From the sequence record MN445185.1: DNA of 64,000 bases; one strand, given 5' to 3'. Shown piece by piece: positions 8,290-16,150 of the stretch. A program made the position numbers and the translations under genes. Position 1 is the first letter of the stretch; the number at the start of each line of letters is the position of its first letter. The DNA comes from Escherichia phage vB_EcoM_EC001. Below the pieces are notes generated by a model. That model saw only the letters and a program-made list of their open reading frames with translations. It searched no databases and had not been told where the DNA came from.

Positions 8290-10590
8290 ATGAAAGATAC
8301 CCGTATCGCTAGTCTGGACCAGCTGGTTCAGCAGGGCAATGCTCTGGTCGCTGCTGCCAAGGCAGGCTCTTCCGCTAATGACGTATGGCAAACCGTAGCC
8401 GTTGGCGAATCTGTACGTAAAAATGCTGCCGGCTTCACCAACCTGCGTGACACTGCTCAGCAGCACTACGAAGCTGTAAACCCTGGCAAAACCATGAGCC
8501 ACGCTGCTCAGGTTGCTTCTGCGATGATTCTGGCTGCTGCCGGTCACGAAGACGACTTCATGACCCGTGTTGCTGCCGAGAGCGCGAAGCCGGAATACGC
8601 CAGCTACATGCCGATCGCTATTTCTGGTGCAGCATCTCTGGCTGCTGACTACGGTAAAACTCCGCTGGTCGCAACTGAATACTACACCAACAAAGACCTG
8701 GACAAAAACCTGGGTCTGACCTGGACGCTGAACGTGCGTGCTCTGGAAACTCAATCCAAGTTTGCAGAAACCCTGTTCCCGACCATCACTGTGGACACCA
8801 ACGACGTCGGCATCACCGTTCGTACCAAAGTTACTACTGTATCTCGTGGTATCCTGAACGCCCTGCTGACCAAAGACGTGGTTGAAGACAACCGTCAGCC
8901 GCTGCATAACGCGCTGTCTAACCACAAAGTCCTGCAGGACGATGCTATCCGTATCGTACCTTACGTGATGGAAACCGGTGAGAACGCGAAGTTCTTCGTA
9001 TCCGAAGACATCATCGAAAACGAAAACGTTCAGCTGGGTCGTGTGCCGGCGTATCCGACCAACTACCTGAGCTTCTCTGAACGTCGTCTGAACCTGTTCC
9101 AGCTGTCTGCCCATCCGGGTATCGTGCAGGAAGGTTACGATGAAACCGACGAAATCGCACCGGGTGCAGCGCTGGGTAGCCTGCTGCTGTCTGTGCGTAA
9201 GCCGACTGAAGAAGCGAAAGATGGCGCGCTGATCAAACTGAACGTACGCGACATGCAGTTCGCTACCTTCCAGCGTCCTCCTGAAGGTGATGGCCGTGAG
9301 CTGGTCCTGCAGTTCCGTCGCACTGTGTTCTCCCTGAACGCCAAGTCTCTGGACTGGAAAGGTGCTGAAATCCCGGCACTGGCCGCTCTGGCACAGAACG
9401 ATTACACCATTCGTTATTCCATGAACATCAGCATGTCTCTGTTCACCAACGGTCAGTTCTCTGGTCGTGTTGACGTGACTGCACCGTCTCTGGAAATCGA
9501 AGGTCTGTACGACGCAACTGGTACTGCTGTTGATATCGAAAGCGGCACCGGTAAAGTTATCATCGACAACCTGAAACTGGAGCTGCTGGGCTGGCGCTTC
9601 GACGGTACTCGTACCAACGAGAACCGGAGAACCCAGGGCCTTCTGCTCGACCCGATTTGGGAACAAGAGAACTACAAACTGCAGTACGGTTCTCCGATCA
9701 TGACCAAATCTCCGGTTGGCGTTGAATACGACGACACCGAACGTCTGGACGACCTCGTTTCTGCGGTTAACATCCGTAACGAAATGCTGGCTATCACTCA
9801 GACTCTGTCTTACACCGAAGCGGTTAAGAACGCAGCTGCGTCCATGATCACTCCGTGGGACAAACCTGCTATCCGCGGCCTGGGCCGTCACTGGGTTGCT
9901 CCGTGGTACAGCGAAAGCGACTACGAAGTGGACAAAGTGATCCAGTCTCTGGATACCAAAGATGCGCTCATCAACGCCCGTCAGGGTCTGGTACAGCGTA
10001 TCGGCGACCAGGTAACTCGTGCTATCCAGGATTCTCGTTTCATGCCGGCTCTGCGCCTGCTGACTGCGGACCCGAACGCACTGCCGAAAGTTGTTATCGC
10101 AACTGACGAACCGACTGCTGCAATGCTGCTGCTGGTTCAGGGTGACCAGCGTCTGCTGGGCGATCGCTACGAGTACGAAGTTATCACCACCAACGATGAC
10201 CGCTGGCGTGTGAAGAACGAAGCTGACGGCAGCTGGACTCGCCGCCTGCAGTGGGTTCTGAAAGTTCCAACCGCTGATGACGGTTCTTACTGTGTTCTGA
10301 ACTGGGGTAACCACTTCTGGTCTCCGATCATGGTAACCAACATCAACATCCAGCGTAACGGCGCTACCAGCAAAGAGCTGGCAGTACAGCCTCGTAACGC
10401 GCACATCTGCCACTGCCCGATCACTGGTCTGATCTGGATTAAAGGTATCACCAAGTTCGTGGAAGAGAAACTGGCGTTCAACGTCACTACTACTTCCAAC
10501 GGTACTGGCGGTACTAATGGCGGTAATGCGGGTGATGTTGGCGGCGGCGCTACCCAGCCAGGTACTGGCGGTGAAGGCGCTGGCGGCTAA
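8290..10590 (+). CDS. abundant virion structural protein, 766 aa; major capsid protein candidate (tail sheath not excluded)
   Basis: extreme bias to enterobacterial optimal codons (CTG, CGT, GGT, ACC, AAA); size in range of jumbo-phage capsid proteins; Gly-rich C-terminal tail; strong terminator after. Confidence 0.5.
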   Translation: MKDTRIASLDQLVQQGNALVAAAKAGSSANDVWQTVAVGESVRKNAAGFTNLRDTAQQHYEAVNPGKTMSHAAQVASAMILAAAGHEDDFMTRVAAESAKPEYASYMPIAISGAASLAADYGKTPLVATEYYTNKDLDKNLGLTWTLNVRALETQSKFAETLFPTITVDTNDVGITVRTKVTTVSRGILNALLTKDVVEDNRQPLHNALSNHKVLQDDAIRIVPYVMETGENAKFFVSEDIIENENVQLGRVPAYPTNYLSFSERRLNLFQLSAHPGIVQEGYDETDEIAPGAALGSLLLSVRKPTEEAKDGALIKLNVRDMQFATFQRPPEGDGRELVLQFRRTVFSLNAKSLDWKGAEIPALAALAQNDYTIRYSMNISMSLFTNGQFSGRVDVTAPSLEIEGLYDATGTAVDIESGTGKVIIDNLKLELLGWRFDGTRTNENRRTQGLLLDPIWEQENYKLQYGSPIMTKSPVGVEYDDTERLDDLVSAVNIRNEMLAITQTLSYTEAVKNAAASMITPWDKPAIRGLGRHWVAPWYSESDYEVDKVIQSLDTKDALINARQGLVQRIGDQVTRAIQDSRFMPALRLLTADPNALPKVVIATDEPTAAMLLLVQGDQRLLGDRYEYEVITTNDDRWRVKNEADGSWTRRLQWVLKVPTADDGSYCVLNWGNHFWSPIMVTNINIQRNGATSKELAVQPRNAHICHCPITGLIWIKGITKFVEEKLAFNVTTTSNGTGGTNGGNAGDVGGGATQPGTGGEGAGG

Positions 10591-10620
10591 TAATCCGTAA
10601 GGATTACGTTGCCTAAGATT

Positions 10621-10659
10621 AGCTTACTCCCTTCGGGGAGTAAGCTTTTTCTTTTTTTC
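10621..10659 (+). terminator. rho-independent terminator (UUCG loop)
   Basis: AGCTTACTCCC-TTCG-GGGAGTAAGCT then T-run. Confidence 0.85.
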
Positions 10660-10666
10660 TAAAAAT

Positions 10667-10694
10667 TTATAGATAGATATTATCTTAGGGAGAG
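10667..10694 (+). promoter_or_regulatory. conserved promoter-like element, variant B (ATAGATAGATATTATCTTAGGGAGA)
   Basis: shares core with 31176 copy; directly follows terminator. Confidence 0.5.
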
Positions 10695-10725
10695 AGTCAT
10701 TCGGTTTTAACTTAAGGAGACAGTA

Positions 10726-10809
10726 ATGGAAGTCAATTTAGAGAGATCAAGACTAGTTGCACCGATGTTTGATGGGCGCGGTTTTATGGCGAACGGTCAC
10801 CACGTTTGA
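10726..10809 (+). CDS. possible 27-aa micro-protein
   Basis: AAGGAGA ribosome-binding site 7 nt upstream of ATG; lies between two promoter-like copies. Confidence 0.25.
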   Translation: MEVNLERSRLVAPMFDGRGFMANGHHV

Positions 10810-10865
10810 TACCCTAAAGTTTTTTACGTTAAGGGCACTGGGTATGAACCCGTGCCCAAAGTAAT

Positions 10866-10890
10866 CTGAGATAGATATTATCTACGTGAA
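10866..10890 (+). promoter_or_regulatory. conserved promoter-like element, variant B
   Basis: CTGAGATAGATATTATCTACGTGAA. Confidence 0.45.
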
Positions 10891-10922
10891 TAATTCTTTT
10901 GGTATTATTACTGGGATGTTCA

Positions 10923-11927
10923 ATGAACCGTTATGATTTAGACGTTCAGCCAACGCTAACCCAGCGGCCCATGCACCGTGGTGCCGTGTCGAAGACTATC
11001 ACGTACGAAAATAATACCGGGTTTCCCATATACGTCACTGAACTCAGTGGCGGGCATTTTGTTTTAGCCCCGTCGTCCACCACAGCGGCGGAATTTGGGA
11101 TTGTGATTTACGTGACCTATACGGTGTTTGCGAACGGTGCTAACCTATCTGGTTTGCGCGACGCACATTCGCCAAAGCAGTATGCGCAGATATGTAAGGA
11201 ATTAACTACGAACGGCGAAACAACGCTGATGTATGTAGTTGATGATATCGGAGCGTTAATGCGAGGCGACTTGGTGGTGTTGAAGAAGCTAGGAATGGCT
11301 TTCTCTACCCAACCAGTAAAACTCGATTCTGAGGTTATTGGTAAGCCAGGAGGGGATCGTAAAGAATTTGCCTTGGGCGTGGTAGTTGTACAGAAGTACG
11401 AAGACCCAGCACCTTTAAAGTGGCTGAGGTTCTATACAACGATGTTGGAAGTCGAACCGATTCGATCGAAGTATTACGACGAGGGTATATACATGGTAAT
11501 CGGTGGTGCGGAGTGCGTCGAAGGGGGTAAGATGATAATGTACTCTTTCGATGACCCGATGTCCCCGTTCCGGGCGTTTGCATCTGAAGATGAAGCGAGG
11601 CGTTATCGGTGGCTCGATAACATTCCAGAGTTGCGAGATGTTCGTGCGAAGCTGGAAGCCACGTATCAGGCCAAGTTGCAAGATCTCGATGAGAAAAAGA
11701 ATCGGCAAGACCTCGATTATCGTACACAACTTAATAATCTGGCGCTAGAGAAGGAGAGGATTAACACCCTTAACACAATCCAGACGAATGAGCTTAAGTT
11801 GCGTTCCGATGTTCGTAAAGACCAATACGAGTCCCGAGCTTATCAGCGAAAAGATAGCTCGGAGTTCTTGAAATCCATTCCCGCGTATTTGGCTGCAGGG
11901 GTAGCACTCGTTGGGATGATTCTCTGA
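10923..11927 (+). CDS. hypothetical protein with coiled-coil region and C-terminal hydrophobic anchor
   Basis: ORF-track ORF begins at TTG 10899; first ATG at 10923; C-terminus IPAYLAAGVALVGMIL. Confidence 0.55.
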   Translation: MNRYDLDVQPTLTQRPMHRGAVSKTITYENNTGFPIYVTELSGGHFVLAPSSTTAAEFGIVIYVTYTVFANGANLSGLRDAHSPKQYAQICKELTTNGETTLMYVVDDIGALMRGDLVVLKKLGMAFSTQPVKLDSEVIGKPGGDRKEFALGVVVVQKYEDPAPLKWLRFYTTMLEVEPIRSKYYDEGIYMVIGGAECVEGGKMIMYSFDDPMSPFRAFASEDEARRYRWLDNIPELRDVRAKLEATYQAKLQDLDEKKNRQDLDYRTQLNNLALEKERINTLNTIQTNELKLRSDVRKDQYESRAYQRKDSSEFLKSIPAYLAAGVALVGMIL

Positions 11928-11938
11928 GGGAGGCCGGT

Positions 11939-13717
11939 GTGTTTAAAGATGCGATTAGGAAGATTAAAGAGGCAGGCGAAATAGTGCCTTTTAATCGTGC
12001 AATTGCAGAAGGAGTTGGGTACACACAAGCTAAAGACGGGATACATGATCGTGTGGCAACCATTCTACGTCGTGAGTTGACGTATGATGAAATCGATAAC
12101 CCGAAATTACCAGAAGGGTTAACGGTATTAGGTTGTCGCCAAATGTCGCCGTTTGAAGCTTTTATCTTTAAGTTATCGAAGTCGGATAACAATTCACGAA
12201 ATAATCGTGGCCGGTCAATTATTAACATCTCATCCACTGATACGTATATGGTAATGGCCTCGTTCCGAGTTCCAGGCGATCCTCGCCCGGTGCAACGACC
12301 AATGAGCTTACCATTTATTCGTCGTGGCGGCTTAATGAACTACTACGGTACAACGTACCACGTAGCACCTGTAATCCACCAACCTGGTATTTGTCGTGAG
12401 CACGGTGGTATCTTTATTAACTTTGACTTCACCCGCAAGGTGTCTATCAAGTTCTGTAAGAAACCAACGAAGATTCTGGTGAATGGTCGCCCTGAGCAGC
12501 TGTTCTTGCCAGGTACATCGAATCTGTTTGTCTCAACCGGACAGATTGGACACGACACCGATGAGAAGCCGTTGATGTATTGGCTCTTCGGGCGCTACGG
12601 CTTTAAACAAGCTGTGAAGCGTTATGCGGGTGTTGATGTGGCGATTTGGCCAGCGATTAAAGTACGTGATGTGGACTTAACGAAGTATGTGGTGATTCAG
12701 TCCGGTGAGCCACAACTCGCGAAGACCATCCAGTACGTACTGTTGGTTAAACGTGAAGATATGCCTAACACCGATGCAGGGCGTTGGGATCAGAATGAAC
12801 ATCTGTTGCTGGTAGCGACTGCCGCATTCTTCAAAGCAGCGCACTACTACGCAGGTAAACAGAACAGTAAGAACGGTCGTGCACCAACACTGCCGGGGCT
12901 GTTTACACAGATTAACGAAATGGCAATGGACGAAGATATTGCGAACCTCAATTCTGCAGCCTCCTGGCGCGAAGTGTTGGGTCGTAGTATTCGCGGACTG
13001 AAGCCTTCGGATATCGAACTGAGTCGCAGTATGGACAGCCACTTCCAGGAATGTGAACGCTATGTCAACAGCACCTTCCGTGGTGAGCTGATGGCAAACG
13101 ATCCGTCCATCCCTGATGATTTGGATATGTTTGATTTCCTCTGGTACACCACGCAGCTGATGGTGCGTACTCGTCTTACCAAACAAGATGATATTCCGTC
13201 TATGTACGGAAAACGTCTCACGGTAACCGATTACTTACTGTTGGGCCAACGTGGCTTTACCACAACGATCTCGAAAATACGTTGGAAGCTGGGGCAGTTG
13301 GAACATCGGACTCCAGAGACAGCGGCGAAGTCTATTCGAGACGCACTGAACAAACAGATCGTGCTCAATCTGGTGATGCGCACCATTACGAGCAACGGCG
13401 GTATCAGTTTCTTCAATGCCTCTACAGAATCAATGGTATTGGCAGTGTCTACGCACGCCATCGGTCAAACCGAAACCGATGCTAAGCGTTCGAAGAAAGG
13501 AGGCAAGACCGTTAACTTGAACGACCGTACTAAGCACGCATCTGCGTCGCATCTGGAATGTGGTAACGTCTACTATATTCCTAAGTCGGCACCGTTTAAG
13601 GCAAACATCCTCAACCCGTACATGAAGACCAACCCAAGTTTGGTAATGATGCGGAACCCTAAACTGGACCCGTACATCAGACCGACCGAAGAAGACATTG
13701 CTAAAATCGGCCGCTAA
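11939..13717 (+). CDS. hypothetical protein (592 aa), likely virion or morphogenesis protein
   Basis: GTG start preceded by GGGAGG; lies between capsid-like and portal-like genes. Confidence 0.6.
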   Translation: MFKDAIRKIKEAGEIVPFNRAIAEGVGYTQAKDGIHDRVATILRRELTYDEIDNPKLPEGLTVLGCRQMSPFEAFIFKLSKSDNNSRNNRGRSIINISSTDTYMVMASFRVPGDPRPVQRPMSLPFIRRGGLMNYYGTTYHVAPVIHQPGICREHGGIFINFDFTRKVSIKFCKKPTKILVNGRPEQLFLPGTSNLFVSTGQIGHDTDEKPLMYWLFGRYGFKQAVKRYAGVDVAIWPAIKVRDVDLTKYVVIQSGEPQLAKTIQYVLLVKREDMPNTDAGRWDQNEHLLLVATAAFFKAAHYYAGKQNSKNGRAPTLPGLFTQINEMAMDEDIANLNSAASWREVLGRSIRGLKPSDIELSRSMDSHFQECERYVNSTFRGELMANDPSIPDDLDMFDFLWYTTQLMVRTRLTKQDDIPSMYGKRLTVTDYLLLGQRGFTTTISKIRWKLGQLEHRTPETAAKSIRDALNKQIVLNLVMRTITSNGGISFFNASTESMVLAVSTHAIGQTETDAKRSKKGGKTVNLNDRTKHASASHLECGNVYYIPKSAPFKANILNPYMKTNPSLVMMRNPKLDPYIRPTEEDIAKIGR

Positions 13718-13748
13718 TTATTACATCTCTTAAGGAGTATTATTTACA

Positions 13749-15419
13749 ATGAGCATTACTGTTGAACAAATCAAAAACGTCATCGTTAAACACCTCGATC
13801 AGGACGCGGTACTGTCGCAGCTGAATAATGTGATGCGCAGCCGTAGCATTCCGCCAGATCAGGCGTTAAAGATTGCGACGTATGTTGCGGCATGGGCAGC
13901 ATCCAAAGGGGGTAGTGAAGCACAGGTTATCGCATATGCGGTCGATGCGTATAAAGCAGCTGCCTATCAGCAGGTGCATAACGCAGGCGACGCGTATAAC
14001 GACGATCGTCACACCAAACTGGTTAATGCTTGGGAACAAGTCGGTAAGATTCTTGCCGAAATTCGTTCTCAGCAGTCTGGCGGTTTGGGTGGCAGTGGTG
14101 GTTTAGGTGGTGGTAGCAACGCAGGTGGGTTACTGGGCGGTAACAGTTCTGGCGGTGTTCGTGTTACTGATGGCCTGACCATGTCTTCTGCGCCATCTGG
14201 TGGTGTTAAGATTGGTAACACAGATGCGGCACTAACCGTGATTGCTGGCGGTGAAGGTCTTAACCTGGTCAATGATCCTATTCTGAACCCACAACCGGCG
14301 CAAGTAGCCCCAGCACAACAGCCCCGGCCTGAACCAGCACCGGTGCCTGTACAACCAATGCCGGTGTCTAATGCTACAGTTAATAACCCAGTGCTTTCCC
14401 CACTCGGCGCAACAGAAGAAACCGAGAAGGACACTATCAATGGCCCAATTAACAACATTCTGCAGGAGATTGATTTGATGGAAGACTACGCACTTCACGA
14501 GCTGAAAACCCCCGAGCTTAAAATGTCGATTCCAGCGAAGGAAGCTAACAGTCGCATTAAGCAATCTGTTTACGCGGAAACTCGTGATTGGGCTACACCG
14601 TTGCAAGATATCTTTAACGGTAATGAAGAGGTTGTTTTCTACGACGGGGCTGACCTGATTGTGCGTGCACGTGATAGCTATCGCGCGTATCTGGTCGGTG
14701 TTAACACTGACATGTGCGAACGCATGAAACAATTCGTTGCTAAGCACGATGCGCTGAAATCCGATCTCGACAACCTGGCACTGGTAGAAGATGTTGAAAC
14801 TATCATGGCTAAGGTGAAGCGTACGATCGATGAACTGCGTAAGAACACGAAAGAACTGCACGAATATGCGATTGCGAACAGCAGCGAAGCAGAAGTGGTT
14901 ATCAGTGAAATTTCTCGCTTTGCTAATGCGTACCTGGCGAATATCACTTTCCTGGTACACAACGCGCTGTCGCTGGGCACTAAGCGTGGTAAAGATGTGC
15001 CGAAGTTCAAAGCTATCGATTTCGAACGGAAAATCAGCGATATTGATTTCTTCGTAAAAGATCTGTTCACAGCAACCGCTGGCGACAACGGTGTAAGTGA
15101 ATATGAAGACTGGTTCCGTGACCTGTTCCTGATGGTAGCAAACTCTCTGCGCAAACTGACTATCAAGCTGAGCGATTCTGGCAAGGTGGTTAATCTGATT
15201 CAGAGCCAGTTCACCATCGTGATTCCAGGCATGTACCATTCTGTTGATAAACACGACGTAGTTACGGTAGCGTCTCTGGGCAATACCGCAGACCCAGTTG
15301 TGTCTATCTACGAAGCAGTACAGGAAAACGTGCCACATGCAATTGTGTTAATGCAGCTGCCGCAGCGCACCTACCTGCTTCTGAGCAATGGTGAGAAAAC
15401 TGCACCAGTGTTGTACTAA
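13749..15419 (+). CDS. hypothetical protein with Gly-rich and Pro/Ala/Gln-rich linker (scaffold or internal head protein candidate)
   Basis: AAGGAG ribosome-binding site; low-complexity GGLGGSGGLGGG and PQPAQVAPAQQPRPEPAPVPVQP segments. Confidence 0.6.
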   Translation: MSITVEQIKNVIVKHLDQDAVLSQLNNVMRSRSIPPDQALKIATYVAAWAASKGGSEAQVIAYAVDAYKAAAYQQVHNAGDAYNDDRHTKLVNAWEQVGKILAEIRSQQSGGLGGSGGLGGGSNAGGLLGGNSSGGVRVTDGLTMSSAPSGGVKIGNTDAALTVIAGGEGLNLVNDPILNPQPAQVAPAQQPRPEPAPVPVQPMPVSNATVNNPVLSPLGATEETEKDTINGPINNILQEIDLMEDYALHELKTPELKMSIPAKEANSRIKQSVYAETRDWATPLQDIFNGNEEVVFYDGADLIVRARDSYRAYLVGVNTDMCERMKQFVAKHDALKSDLDNLALVEDVETIMAKVKRTIDELRKNTKELHEYAIANSSEAEVVISEISRFANAYLANITFLVHNALSLGTKRGKDVPKFKAIDFERKISDIDFFVKDLFTATAGDNGVSEYEDWFRDLFLMVANSLRKLTIKLSDSGKVVNLIQSQFTIVIPGMYHSVDKHDVVTVASLGNTADPVVSIYEAVQENVPHAIVLMQLPQRTYLLLSNGEKTAPVLY

Positions 15420-15426
15420 GTAATAC

Positions 15427-15462
15427 GGAGACCTTCGGGTCTCCTATTATTATTTTTTATTC
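15427..15462 (+). terminator. rho-independent terminator (UUCG loop)
   Basis: GGAGACC-TTCG-GGTCTCC then TATTATTATTTTTTATT. Confidence 0.85.
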
Positions 15463-15484
15463 TATCATGAAAAGGAGTATTAAA

Positions 15485-15751
15485 ATGTCTAGTGTTGAAG
15501 CAGTAATCTATTTTGAAAACGATGGGGTCGCAGGGTGTGGCTTCCCGAAGACAACAGGGGTTAAATCTCTGTTGGCAAAGTATAAAGAAGAGCTTAAGAA
15601 AACGGCAGGGCAGAACCCTGGCGTGCCACTGCGTAGTGTTTTTCCTGAGATGGAGAAGGCCGCAAAAACTGATCCGGTGTTGGATATGTTCTGCGGGATG
15701 ATCAAAGAGCGATTCCCTGACATTGATAAGTACCACATTACGCTGGCGTAA
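15485..15751 (+). CDS. hypothetical small protein
   Basis: AAAAGGAG ribosome-binding site then ATG at 15485 (the ORF-track ATG 15467 is inside the ribosome-binding site). Confidence 0.55.
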   Translation: MSSVEAVIYFENDGVAGCGFPKTTGVKSLLAKYKEELKKTAGQNPGVPLRSVFPEMEKAAKTDPVLDMFCGMIKERFPDIDKYHITLA

Positions 15752-15785
15752 TTATTATAGAGTAGCTCTATAATGAGGTTCGAGC

Positions 15786-16088
15786 ATGGTAAAGTTCATT
15801 GTTGTCAACATGGATTTTGAGCGTAGTGTGCGTTTTCGCTTTGAGTTACCTGAAAACAAAGCGACTGAAGCTTTCTTAGCCGACTTCCACAAAGCCAAAA
15901 CAGCGATCAGTCATGGACGTCGCTGGCAAATCTTCTATAACGCCCGTAAAGGCCTCCTGAAGGCGTTAAAAGCAGCAAAGGATACAAAGGTATTGGAAAA
16001 GCTAGAACCTTTCCAGAACGACCCTCTGGCGATTGGTATCATGCTCGACGAACTGGTTAATAAACCCAAAGCTGCTACAGAAGATTAA
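15786..16088 (+). CDS. hypothetical small protein
   Basis: 100-aa ORF; preceded by palindrome TATAGAGTAGCTCTATA. Confidence 0.5.
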   Translation: MVKFIVVNMDFERSVRFRFELPENKATEAFLADFHKAKTAISHGRRWQIFYNARKGLLKALKAAKDTKVLEKLEPFQNDPLAIGIMLDELVNKPKAATED

Positions 16089-16101
16089 AAAAAGAAAAGG
16101 T

Positions 16102-16150
16102 ACCTCTCCCCGAAGGGAGAGGTAAACCTTATTTCTTTTTCTTTTTTTGT
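16102..16150. terminator. bidirectional terminator between convergent genes
   Basis: ACCTCTCCC-CGAA-GGGAGAGGT flanked by A-run upstream and T-run downstream. Confidence 0.8.

Noticed and set aside
8266-10413. 715-aa minus-strand ORF antisense to the abundant structural gene
   Set aside because: Shadow ORF caused by the extreme codon bias of the plus-strand gene; its product is low-complexity (R/V/Q/F-rich) and it has no ribosome-binding site or operon context.
10790-10860. Possible tRNA at the GGGCAC...GTGCCC hairpin
   Set aside because: No GTTCRANYC T-loop, no acceptor-stem pairing and no cloverleaf could be drawn; treated as a plain hairpin.
12677-13186. 169-aa minus-strand ORF inside 11939-13717
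   Set aside because: Antisense to a long plus-strand gene in a region that is otherwise plus-strand; no start context.
14232-15338. 368-aa minus-strand ORF (and the nested 14678-15184 ORF) antisense to 13749-15419
   Set aside because: Fully embedded in a well-supported plus-strand gene that has an AAGGAG ribosome-binding site and terminator; no independent signals.
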